Source: an uncultured Clostridia bacterium
GTDB taxonomy: Bacteria; Bacillota; Clostridia; Oscillospirales; Acutalibacteraceae
Direction of reading: 5' to 3'
Assembly: GCA_944385105.1 (NCBI GenBank)
Contig: CALWVR010000027.1
Location: 96,249-160,248 of the forward strand
DNA length: 64,000 nucleotides
A program made the position numbers and the translations under genes. Under the pieces are notes generated by a model. That model ran no database searches. It was not told the DNA's origin and was given only the letters and a program-made list of their open reading frames with translations. Shown piece after piece: positions 26,703 to 35,756 of this stretch (its first letter is position 1; each line of letters starts with the position of its first letter).

Positions 26703-27746
26703 TTGAATTTAATTGATATTAAGTCTAAGTCCTTAGAGGAAGTTATAGAAGAGTTTAAAAATATAGGAGAACCTAAATTTAGAGCTAAACAGGTTTATGC
26801 TTGGCTTACTAAGGGGACCATGAGTTTTAATGACATGTCAGACTTATCTTTGAAGCTTAGAGATAAATTATCAAGTTTTTATTACATAGCTAATGCAAAA
26901 ATAGAGCGAAAGTTAATTTCTAAGATAGATGGTACTATAAAGTATTTATTTAAACTGAATGATGGGGAATTTATAGAATCAGTATTAATGAGATATCATC
27001 ATGGTTATACTATTTGCATATCTAGTCAGGTAGGCTGTAAAATGGGCTGTAAGTTTTGCGCGACAGGAAAAAGTGGATTTTCAAGAAACTTAACTGCATC
27101 TGAGATGATTTCACAAATACAATCAGCGCAAATGGACAATAATATAAGAATATCCAATGTAGTACTTATGGGTATGGGCGAGCCTTTAGACAACTATGAT
27201 AATGTTATTAAGTTTTTAAAACTTGTATCATCAGAGAATGGTTTAAATATAGGAATGAGACATATTTCTCTATCTACTTGTGGACTAGTTGATAAGATTT
27301 ATGAGTTATCAAAAGAAAAGTTACAACTTACACTCTCAGTTTCACTTCATGCCCCTAACGATGAAATAAGAAATAAGTTAATGCCTATAAATAATAGATT
27401 TAATGTGGACGAGCTGATAAAAGCTTGTAGATATTATGTGGAAAAAACCGGTAGACGAATATCCTTTGAATATGCTATGATATCACTAGTAAATGATAGC
27501 GATATGTGTGCAAATGAGTTAGTTAAGAGATTATCAAATATGTTATGTCATGTAAATTTAATACCTGTAAATGATTCAGGAAATTTAAAAAGTGGATATA
27601 AAAAGAGCAGTAAGGATCGTTTAGAAAGGTTTAGTAAAATATTATTGGAAAATGGAATAAACGTTACTGTAAGGAGAACGTTGGGTTCTGACATAAATGC
27701 TTCATGCGGACAGCTGAGAAGAACCATACAGGATATGGAGGGATAA
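26703..27746 (+). CDS. rlmN: 23S rRNA/tRNA (adenine2503-C2)-methyltransferase, radical SAM
   Basis: CKMGCKFCATG (CxxxCxxC), MGMGEPLDN, and C-terminal SCGQL. Conserved position. Confidence 0.93.
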   Translation: MNLIDIKSKSLEEVIEEFKNIGEPKFRAKQVYAWLTKGTMSFNDMSDLSLKLRDKLSSFYYIANAKIERKLISKIDGTIKYLFKLNDGEFIESVLMRYHHGYTICISSQVGCKMGCKFCATGKSGFSRNLTASEMISQIQSAQMDNNIRISNVVLMGMGEPLDNYDNVIKFLKLVSSENGLNIGMRHISLSTCGLVDKIYELSKEKLQLTLSVSLHAPNDEIRNKLMPINNRFNVDELIKACRYYVEKTGRRISFEYAMISLVNDSDMCANELVKRLSNMLCHVNLIPVNDSGNLKSGYKKSSKDRLERFSKILLENGINVTVRRTLGSDINASCGQLRRTIQDMEG

Positions 27747-27749
27747 CAG

Positions 27750-28475
27750 TTGCAAATATATAGTAAAAGTGATGTGGGATTAAAAAGGACTTCAAACCAG
27801 GATAATTTTGCATGTGCTCAAGATGATAGTGTCACATGGGCTGTGGTTTGTGATGGAATGGGTGGACTAAGTGGTGGAGATATTGCTAGTAAAATAGCAG
27901 TAGACACCGTAAGAGAAGCAATCTCATCCAAAAAATACGGAAGTATAAATGAGGAGAACGTAAGAGATATATTCATAAAAATATTTAATAAGGCTAACGA
28001 GGAAATTTTTTGTGCATCTATGAAAAATGAAGAGCTAAAAGGTATGGGAACAACAATGGTTTTAAGTGCTATATTGGGTTGTAAGGTCCATGTTGCTCAT
28101 GTGGGAGATAGTAGGGCTTATTTATTGGGGAAGGATAATATAAAGCAATTGACTATAGACCATTCTATGGTACAGCAGATGATAGACAAGGGAGAGATAA
28201 CGGTAGAAGAAGCAAAAGAACACCCAAAGAAAAACATTATTACGAGAGCTATTGGTGCTGAAGATTTTGTAGTGGCAGATTATATTTGTGAAGACTTTAA
28301 GGACGAAGACACTTTATTAATGTGTACAGATGGGCTTACAAACTATATTGATAATGATGAATTATTAAAAATTTGCAATGACTACCATGGTGATGAGTTA
28401 GTGGATGTGCTTATTAGTACTGCTAACAATTGTGGTGGTAGTGATAATATTACTGTTGTAGTTATACAAAGGTAG
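27750..28475 (+). CDS. stp: PP2C-family Ser/Thr protein phosphatase
   Basis: NQDNF, DGMGG, HVGDSRAY, CTDGL and DNITVVV motifs. It precedes prkC. Confidence 0.92.
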   Translation: MQIYSKSDVGLKRTSNQDNFACAQDDSVTWAVVCDGMGGLSGGDIASKIAVDTVREAISSKKYGSINEENVRDIFIKIFNKANEEIFCASMKNEELKGMGTTMVLSAILGCKVHVAHVGDSRAYLLGKDNIKQLTIDHSMVQQMIDKGEITVEEAKEHPKKNIITRAIGAEDFVVADYICEDFKDEDTLLMCTDGLTNYIDNDELLKICNDYHGDELVDVLISTANNCGGSDNITVVVIQR

Positions 28476-28500
28476 GTAAGTCTTTTATAGGAGGCATAAT

Positions 28501-30555
28501 ATGGATAAATATATTGGCAAAAGACTAGATGCGAGGTATGAAATAAACGAGCTTTTAGGCTGTGGAGGAATGGCTAGGGTTTATAGTGCCTATGATACTA
28601 TAGATGATAAAACTGTTGCGATAAAGATATTAAAAGATGAGTTTTTGGGTAATCAGGAGTTTATTAGAAGATTTAAGAACGAGTCCAAAGCTATAGCTGT
28701 CTTATCACATCCGAATATAGTCAAGGTATACGATGTAAGTTTTGGTGATAGGATACAATATATAGTAATGGAAAATATAGATGGAATAACTCTTAAGGAT
28801 TATATAGACCGTCAAAAGGAGATAAATTGGAAGGAAGCACTTCACTTCACAACTCAAATACTTAGAGCTCTTGAACATGCACATGAAAAGGGGATAGTAC
28901 ATAGAGACATAAAACCACAGAATATAATGCTTTTAAAGGATGGAACTATAAAGGTAACTGACTTTGGAATAGCAAGGTTTTCAAAAAGGGAGACTCGCAC
29001 TATAACAGATAAAGCAATAGGTTCTGTACATTATATATCACCAGAACAGGCAAGGGGTGATGTTACTGATGAGAAGTCTGACATATACTCTGTAGGAGTA
29101 ATGCTATATGAGATGCTTACAGGAAGACTTCCATTCGAAGCTGATAATGCTGTATCAGTAGCAATTATGCAGCTGCAGTCAGAGCCTAAAAAACCTAGAG
29201 ATATAAATAAGAATATTCCTCAGGGATTAGAAGATATAACATTAAAATCCATGCAAAAAAGACCGGAGTTTAGATATAAATCAGCAAGTGAAATGCTAGA
29301 GGATATAGATACATTTAGAAGAAATCCAAGTATAAGATTTGAATATAAATATTTTTCTGATGAAGAGCCAACGAAATATTTAGATGCAATAAATAGTGTT
29401 AAAAGTGAAAAGCCAGGATATAATGATGATTTTTCTTACGAAGATGATAGTAAAAAAGAAAAGAGTTCAAAAGCTTTAAATGTAGTTATCGGAGTAGGAA
29501 TAGCAGTAATATTATTTCTTATACTTTTGGGAACAGGCTTAGTATTTGGATGGTTTGGTAATAAGGATGTTGATATTCCAAATTTTATTGGACTTAAAGC
29601 TGTTGATGTAATGAATGATGAAAAATATAAGTTTAAATGGAAGACCGAATATGCCTACGATTCAGATAAACCTGAGGGAATAATAATAGACCAGGATCCA
29701 AAGGCTGGGAGCAAGAGAATTAAGGAAAACGCTACTATTACACTCACAGTAAACAGTTCTGGAGCTATGGTTACTATACCAATGGTAAGGGGACTTACAG
29801 TAGAGGCAGCAAAAGCAAAATTTAAAGAAGCGGGTCTTTTATATGAGATTTTGACTGTGGAAGATGATGAGACTGCAGAAGGAATAGTAAAGGGAACAAA
29901 TCCTAAAGAAGGTTCTGAAGTTATTGCGAATAGTATAGTTAGAATAATAGTAAGTAAGGGTCCGGCAGAAAAGAAGGTACAAGTACCTAATGTAGTCGGA
30001 AAAAGTATAACTGAAGCTACAAATGAGCTAGTTTCCTGTGGCCTTAAAGTATCTGAGAATATTTTAAGAGAAAATAATTCTAAGAGTAAAGATACAGTTA
30101 TATCAACAAATCCACTACCTGGAGTGGAAGTAAATGAAGGAACTTCCGTAACATTGGTTGTAAGCTCTGGGGAAGCTGAGGAGAAAACATTAAGTACTTC
30201 TGTTGATCTTCCAAGTAATGTAACGCAAGAAGTTGATATGAAAGTTTATATTAATGGAGTATTAGATGCATCAAACTCAAAGACTATAGTTCCGGCGTAT
30301 AATTCAACGTATGTTTTAAGAGTTACTGGTAATAGTGGAATAAAAAGTGTAGTTGTTAATCTTGACGGGCAAAAGTATAGAGTATATGAGTTTAATTTTG
30401 ATACAAATAGTGTAACACTAAAGGAATCAAATGAAGTTACCGTAACGTCATATACAAGAGGATCTAACCATCGAATGTCAAATTCTTTAGATACTAGCAG
30501 TAGTTCAGTTTCAAGACCATCTAATACAGCCCATTCAAGGAATAGTAGAAGGTAA
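28501..30555 (+). CDS. prkC: Ser/Thr protein kinase with TM and PASTA repeats
   Basis: GGMARVY, HRDIKPQN, DFGIA and SPEQ motifs, one TM helix, and three PASTA-like repeats (PNFIGL.., VTIPMVRGL.., VQVPNVVGK..). Confidence 0.93.
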   Translation: MDKYIGKRLDARYEINELLGCGGMARVYSAYDTIDDKTVAIKILKDEFLGNQEFIRRFKNESKAIAVLSHPNIVKVYDVSFGDRIQYIVMENIDGITLKDYIDRQKEINWKEALHFTTQILRALEHAHEKGIVHRDIKPQNIMLLKDGTIKVTDFGIARFSKRETRTITDKAIGSVHYISPEQARGDVTDEKSDIYSVGVMLYEMLTGRLPFEADNAVSVAIMQLQSEPKKPRDINKNIPQGLEDITLKSMQKRPEFRYKSASEMLEDIDTFRRNPSIRFEYKYFSDEEPTKYLDAINSVKSEKPGYNDDFSYEDDSKKEKSSKALNVVIGVGIAVILFLILLGTGLVFGWFGNKDVDIPNFIGLKAVDVMNDEKYKFKWKTEYAYDSDKPEGIIIDQDPKAGSKRIKENATITLTVNSSGAMVTIPMVRGLTVEAAKAKFKEAGLLYEILTVEDDETAEGIVKGTNPKEGSEVIANSIVRIIVSKGPAEKKVQVPNVVGKSITEATNELVSCGLKVSENILRENNSKSKDTVISTNPLPGVEVNEGTSVTLVVSSGEAEEKTLSTSVDLPSNVTQEVDMKVYINGVLDASNSKTIVPAYNSTYVLRVTGNSGIKSVVVNLDGQKYRVYEFNFDTNSVTLKESNEVTVTSYTRGSNHRMSNSLDTSSSSVSRPSNTAHSRNSRR

Positions 30556-30561
30556 GACTAA

Positions 30562-31458
30562 ATGAATAGTTTAATAGGAATGATATTAAAAGGAATAGGT
30601 GGATTTTATTACGTCGAAACTAAAGAGGGAACATTTGAGTGTAGGGCTCGGGGAATATTTAGAAAGGATGGCGTAACACCATATGTGGGAGATAGAGTTG
30701 AACTTTCAGAAATCGACTCAAAAGAAAAAAAAGCATCAATAGAAAAGATTTTGCCAAGAAAGAATAGTTTAGTAAGGCCACCAGTTGCAAATATAGACCA
30801 ACTGATAATAGTAGCCTCTGTTTGCAAACCTAACTTTAATGCCTTAGTTATAGATAAGTTAATTGCTGTAGCGTATAGTAATGATATTAAACCAGTAATT
30901 GTTATTTCTAAATCGGATCTTAACGATCCTGAAAAATTTTTAAATATGTATTCTAAATCTGGAGTTGATATTATAAATAGCTCTAAGTATGATGAAGAGT
31001 CTCATAAGAGGATAAGAAATATTTTAAGTGGTAAAGTGAGTGCATTTACAGGTAACTCTGGAGTGGGAAAATCAACTCTTCTTAATTGCTTATATAAAGG
31101 GCTTTTCTTAAAAACAGGAGATGTTAGTAAAAAATTAAAGAGAGGTAGACACACAACGAGGCATGTAGAACTATTTCCAATAGAAAATAACGGTTATGTT
31201 GCTGATACGCCGGGTTTTTCTAGCATTGACATAAGTAGGTTTAATGTAGTCAATAAGGATGAATTAAAATATTGCTTTAAAGAGTTTTCGCCTTTTATGT
31301 GCAAATGTAAATTTAATTCTTGCAATCATATATGTGAAAAAGGTTGTGAAGTGATTGAGGCTGTGAATAAGGGGGAGATTTGTAGGTCTAGGTATAATAG
31401 CTACGTAAATATATATAATGAGATAAAAGACATAAAAGAGTGGGATGTAAAGCAATGA
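30562..31458 (+). CDS. rsgA: Ribosome small-subunit-dependent GTPase A
   Basis: OB-fold N-terminus GGFYYV, circularly permuted GTPase (SKSDL then GNSGVGKSTLLN), and a C-terminal zinc finger CKFNSCNH..C. Confidence 0.93.
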   Translation: MNSLIGMILKGIGGFYYVETKEGTFECRARGIFRKDGVTPYVGDRVELSEIDSKEKKASIEKILPRKNSLVRPPVANIDQLIIVASVCKPNFNALVIDKLIAVAYSNDIKPVIVISKSDLNDPEKFLNMYSKSGVDIINSSKYDEESHKRIRNILSGKVSAFTGNSGVGKSTLLNCLYKGLFLKTGDVSKKLKRGRHTTRHVELFPIENNGYVADTPGFSSIDISRFNVVNKDELKYCFKEFSPFMCKCKFNSCNHICEKGCEVIEAVNKGEICRSRYNSYVNIYNEIKDIKEWDVKQ

Positions 31459-32081
31459 GGGTCTTGATAATAGGAGCAGCACCAATAGGAAAAAAGGAAA
31501 AGTTATCTAAGATAATAAAGGACATAGACTATGTTATTTGTGCCGATGGAGGATTTAATAATGCAAAAAGTCTTGGAATAAGACCTGATTTAGTAATGGG
31601 GGATATGGACTCAATAAAAGGGGCTTTACCAAAGAAGATTAATTTTATTAAATTTCCGGTAGAAAAAGATGACACAGATATGATGCTTTGCGTAAAAAAA
31701 GCACTTGAAATGGGAGCGGAAGAAATTATAATTATTGGAGGTACAGGTGGAGATAGGATTGATCATACGATAGCAAATATTTGTATTTTAAAGTTCCTTG
31801 ATGAGATAAATATATCGCATAGATTAATTAGTGACACTCAGGAGCTGTTAATATTGGGAGAAGGAAAATCGCTTAAGATTAAAAATCTTGAGGGGCATAC
31901 TATATCTGTATTTCCTTTTGGAAGTGATCTTTGTAAAGTTTGGTATGATGGTCTTTATTATAAAATGAGTGGAGATAATATATATATAAATAGCCCTGTT
32001 GGCATAAGCAACAGGGTTATTTCAAGAAATTCAATAGTTAAAATTCTAAAAGGTAGTGCTCTTCTTATTATATCTAAATAA
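31440..32081 (+). CDS. thiN: Thiamine pyrophosphokinase
   Basis: GDMDS, DDTDM and GGTGGDRIDH motifs. The probable start is ATG 31455, forming an ATGA overlap with the rsgA stop. Confidence 0.85.
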   Translation: MGCKAMRVLIIGAAPIGKKEKLSKIIKDIDYVICADGGFNNAKSLGIRPDLVMGDMDSIKGALPKKINFIKFPVEKDDTDMMLCVKKALEMGAEEIIIIGGTGGDRIDHTIANICILKFLDEINISHRLISDTQELLILGEGKSLKIKNLEGHTISVFPFGSDLCKVWYDGLYYKMSGDNIYINSPVGISNRVISRNSIVKILKGSALLIISK

Positions 32082-32997
32082 TAACTATCGACTGTTTTTG
32101 AAGTTTGGAAAATCTATCTTGTACTAGTTCTTTATTAAATCCTCTTACTCCATTACTAAGAGGATCATTAAAATAATATTTTTCATTGTCATATCCAACT
32201 AATACTAAGCAATGTTCTCCTTTTTTCCATGTAAATTTCTCATCTTTACCGTTAATGTACCATGATGTACCATTAGTAATATCCTTCATTTCAGAGCTTG
32301 CCCAAATTAGGACTGGATTATTTTTACTAATATACTTTGAAATCAAATCTTCAATATCAGTGCCAGTAGTGTTTATAATATTCAAAGAATTTGATGTGGC
32401 TTTTTTCATAGCTTTGATAATAACAGGAGCATAGCATCCATAACCATTATAACTTCTAGGGTCACCAATAAAGGAGTTGTTTGGACTATCAGCGACTAAT
32501 TTGTTGTTAATCATAGTAGGTGCTGCAGATTTATTTAGAAAATTATTGATAAAGTCATCAAGGGATATTTTGATACCTTTATAATTTAAAAGCATAACAG
32601 CACTAGCGCTTTCACATCCAGTAGGGAACCCCATAGACTTTTGATTTATGTGACTTATGTTTATTATAAATTTGCCAGTTTGATTTTCCTTTTTAAAGTA
32701 TTTGTTGACAAAGTTATTATTTTGCTGGTTAAGGATGTTATGCTTTTGATGATTATGTAAATTTTCAAAGATGCTTTTTGACGTGTTTTTTAAAATATTA
32801 CTGTCAATAGTTTCTTTTTTATCTTGAGCCATGTTTGTAGTACTGTTAGGGACTAAGGGATTTGTACCAGTCTTTGTGATTTTATATGATATAGCGTCAA
32901 TAGGGAGTCTTAGCCCTATTGAAGTAAATAGTGTTACTGTTAAGATAATCAATTTTTTAGTTAATTCTTTTTTATTTATGTTAAATACCTTTTTCAT
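32074..32997 (-). CDS. Membrane-anchored or secreted C39-like cysteine peptidase (Peptidase_C39_2 / YvpB-like)
   Basis: N-terminal TM/signal anchor, Asn/Gln-rich linker, Cys context GFPTGCESASAVML and His context GEHCLVLVGYD...NDP. Confidence 0.65.
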   Translation of the reverse strand: MKKVFNINKKELTKKLIILTVTLFTSIGLRLPIDAISYKITKTGTNPLVPNSTTNMAQDKKETIDSNILKNTSKSIFENLHNHQKHNILNQQNNNFVNKYFKKENQTGKFIINISHINQKSMGFPTGCESASAVMLLNYKGIKISLDDFINNFLNKSAAPTMINNKLVADSPNNSFIGDPRSYNGYGCYAPVIIKAMKKATSNSLNIINTTGTDIEDLISKYISKNNPVLIWASSEMKDITNGTSWYINGKDEKFTWKKGEHCLVLVGYDNEKYYFNDPLSNGVRGFNKELVQDRFSKLQKQSIVII

Positions 32998-33114
32998 TTG
33001 TAGTCTCCAACTTTTCTTTAGTGGCTATATTATATCACAATGAGAAAAGAGGATAATTATGAATAAGAAATTATGTAATTTTTATAATATATTACAAAAA
33101 TAAAGGTAATGTAA

Positions 33115-33152
33115 ATAAAAAATAGAGCACATTTATAATGTGCTCTATTTTT
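33115..33152 (-). terminator. Terminator of rnpB (palindrome AATAGAGCAC...GTGCTCTATT with flanking A/T runs)
   Basis: Perfect 10-bp stem with T-runs on both strands. Confidence 0.75.
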
Positions 33153-33500
33153 ATGACCAAACCTATAAGCCGAGTTCTGTTAAAAGCAATCATCTATCTT
33201 GGCTGAATGTTACCATTACAGCTCAGTGCCACCTTCTCGAGACGTATCGGGCAAATACAAAATGTCTCTCTGCGGTGTTGCTCCGGATAGGGTTTACAGA
33301 GCCGTATAGTCTCCTATACGCTGGTGAGCTCTTACCTCGCCTTTCCACCCTTACCTAAAAATTAGGCGGTATATTTCTGTTGCACTTTCCCTAGGGTCGC
33401 CCCCGGCGGCCGTTAGCCGTTATCCTGCCCTTTGGAGCTCGGACTTTCCTCGGGCAAAGCCTTTCAGCATTAATGTCCGCAATTGCTCAGTTTGCTCACA
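33153..33500 (-). ncRNA. rnpB: RNase P RNA (bacterial type B)
   Basis: A GC-rich island in AT-rich DNA. The reverse complement contains GAGGAAAGTCCGAGCTCC (P4 5' strand) and ACAGAACTCGGCTTATAG (P4 3' strand). The ends pair as P1, and TTGACA-18-TAGAAT lies upstream at about 33506-33535. The ends are approximate. Confidence 0.88.
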
Positions 33501-33548
33501 TGTTTATTCTAATATATAATCTGTTACATTGTCAATAGTTTTTATAGG

Positions 33549-35654
33549 CTAAATACTAAATAGAATGTCAGAGTATGAAGGGAATGGCCAGACTTCTTTT
33601 GACGTATTTTTCTCAAGTGTATCGGAAATTTTTCTTATTTTATTCATTTTTGAAATTATGCTGTCACGATAGAATATGGAGCGTGCTGGTAAATCAATAA
33701 GTTCGTGTGCCTCATTGAGAGAATCTTCAAGCTTTTTTACTTCATTATATAATTCAAAATTCAAACTTGATAAATTGTTTACGATATCTTCTTCTACGTA
33801 ACATTCAAGGTTTGAATTAAGAGACTTTTTTGTCAATGCAGTTTCACTTATTTCCTTAATATATTTTAGCACAGCTGGTATAATTTGTTTCTTTGTCATT
33901 TCTAGCATAACTTTAGCTTCAATAGAAATAACCCTACAATAATTCTGAAGTAGCATATTATGTCGTGACATTATTTCTGATTTTGTATATATGTTATGTT
34001 TTGTAAATAAATGTATATTTTTTTCGGCAATTAATTGAGGAATAGCATCTGCAGAGGTTTCAAGGTTATGAAGTCTACGCTTTTTAGCTTCTTTTGTCCA
34101 TTCGTCTGAATAACTATTACCATTGAATATAATTCTCTTATGATCCTTTATAGTCTTTACTATTAATTTATTTAAAGTGTCATTAAAGTTATCACAATTT
34201 TCAAGTATATCAGCAAATTTGCAGAGTTCTTCAGCTACAATAGTATTAAGCATGATATTAGGGCAAGCTGGGGAAAGGCTAGAACCTACCATTCTAAATT
34301 CAAATTTATTTCCAGTAAATGCAAAAGGAGATGTCCTATTACGGTCAGTATTGTCTTTTTGAAATTCGGGTAATGTATGAACGCCTATTTTTATTTTCAT
34401 TACTTCTTTGTTGCCGTATTTTACTCCATTTTCTATTGCATTTAATATATCAGTTAATTCATCGCCTAAGAATATTGATATAATAGCAGGAGGTGCTTCA
34501 TTAGAACCCAGTCTATGATCATTCCCTGCACTAGCGACAGAAGCTCTTAGTAGGTCTTGATATTCATCAACACCTTTTATTACAGCACATAAAAACAGTA
34601 AAAATTGTGCATTTTCATATGGAGAATTTCCAGGTTCAAATAAGTTAATACCAGTATTAGTTATAAGTGACCAGTTATTATGTTTACCGCTTCCGTTAAC
34701 GCCAGCAAAAGGTTTTTCATGGAGAATACAAGATAAGTTATGGCGTTCTGCGACGTTCTTCATTATTTCCATTATAAGTTGATTGTGATCAATGGCAATG
34801 TTTGAGGTAGTAAATAAAGGAGCTATCTCATATTGAGCAGGAGCAACTTCATTGTGTTTAGTTTTAGCCGGAATGCCAAGTTTCCAAAGCTCTTTATCAA
34901 GATCTTTCATAAATTTTGAAACTTTAGGACGTAAAGCACCAAAATAATGGTCTTCTAAATCTTGTCCTTTTGGGGGCTTAGCACCAAATAAGGTCCTTCC
35001 ACAAGAAACAAGATCCTGCCTTTTATTAAACATATTTTTGTCTACTAAGAAATACTTCTGTTCAGCTCCTAATGTAGGCATTACTCTTTTAATATTGTAG
35101 TTACCAAATAGTTTTAATATTCTTAAAGAATGAGTGTTTATTAATTCTATAGACTTTAATAATGGTGTTTTTTTATCGAGAACTTCTCCACTATAGGAAC
35201 AGAATATAGTTGGAATGTATAAGGTATTATTTTTTACAAACGCATAAGAGGTAGGGTCCCATGCTGTGTACCCTCTGGCCTCAAATGTAGCACGAAGGCC
35301 TCCAGATGGAAAACTAGAAGCATCAGGTTCGCCTTTTATAAGTTCCTTACCTGAAAACTCCATTATGACTTTTCCGCCTTTGTAGTTTGATATAAAGCTA
35401 TCATGCTTTTCGGCTGTAAGGCCAATCATTGGTTGAAACCAATGAGTATAGTGAGTAGCACCTTTTTTTATAGCCCAATCTTTCATAGCATTAGCCACAA
35501 TATTGCTTATATTGATATCTAAGGGTTTTCCTTCTGTTATAGTCTCCTTAAGCTGCATATATATATCTTTAGGTAGGTGGGCCCTCATAGCGTGTTCATT
35601 AAAAACCATACTTCCAAAGATTTCAGGAACATTTATCATATTTTTAAACTCCAT
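33549..35654 (-). CDS. glnA: Glutamine synthetase, type III
   Basis: 701 aa. The GSIII-type N-terminus is VPEIFGSMVFNEHAMRAHLPKDIY, and the catalytic region is NGSGKHNNWS ... HRLG.NEAPPAIIS. Confidence 0.88.
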   Translation of the reverse strand: MEFKNMINVPEIFGSMVFNEHAMRAHLPKDIYMQLKETITEGKPLDINISNIVANAMKDWAIKKGATHYTHWFQPMIGLTAEKHDSFISNYKGGKVIMEFSGKELIKGEPDASSFPSGGLRATFEARGYTAWDPTSYAFVKNNTLYIPTIFCSYSGEVLDKKTPLLKSIELINTHSLRILKLFGNYNIKRVMPTLGAEQKYFLVDKNMFNKRQDLVSCGRTLFGAKPPKGQDLEDHYFGALRPKVSKFMKDLDKELWKLGIPAKTKHNEVAPAQYEIAPLFTTSNIAIDHNQLIMEIMKNVAERHNLSCILHEKPFAGVNGSGKHNNWSLITNTGINLFEPGNSPYENAQFLLFLCAVIKGVDEYQDLLRASVASAGNDHRLGSNEAPPAIISIFLGDELTDILNAIENGVKYGNKEVMKIKIGVHTLPEFQKDNTDRNRTSPFAFTGNKFEFRMVGSSLSPACPNIMLNTIVAEELCKFADILENCDNFNDTLNKLIVKTIKDHKRIIFNGNSYSDEWTKEAKKRRLHNLETSADAIPQLIAEKNIHLFTKHNIYTKSEIMSRHNMLLQNYCRVISIEAKVMLEMTKKQIIPAVLKYIKEISETALTKKSLNSNLECYVEEDIVNNLSSLNFELYNEVKKLEDSLNEAHELIDLPARSIFYRDSIISKMNKIRKISDTLEKNTSKEVWPFPSYSDILFSI

Positions 35655-35676
35655 TCGCTTAGGTTAAAATTTTAAT

Positions 35677-35713
35677 AAAATAGATGCTTTGATTATATCA
35701 AAGCATCTATTTT
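35677..35713 (-). terminator. Terminator after asnB
   Basis: A 17-bp palindrome AAAATAGATGCTTTGAT/ATCAAAGCATCTATTTT with flanking T-runs. Confidence 0.8.
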
Positions 35714-35756
35714 AATTATATGATATAAAATTAATATTGTGAATATAAAGAAAGAA

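Noticed and set aside
26703-27746. Radical-SAM enzyme as a possible maturase for the Nif11-leader peptides
   Set aside because: Its sequence and context (rsmB-rlmN-stp-prkC) identify it as housekeeping RlmN. It has no SPASM or RiPP-recognition extension and lies 9 kb away in a separate conserved operon.
33140-33358. 72-aa plus-strand ORF from the track
   Set aside because: It lies entirely inside the GC-rich RNase P RNA gene on the opposite strand, has no RBS, and its composition is set by RNA structure. It is spurious.
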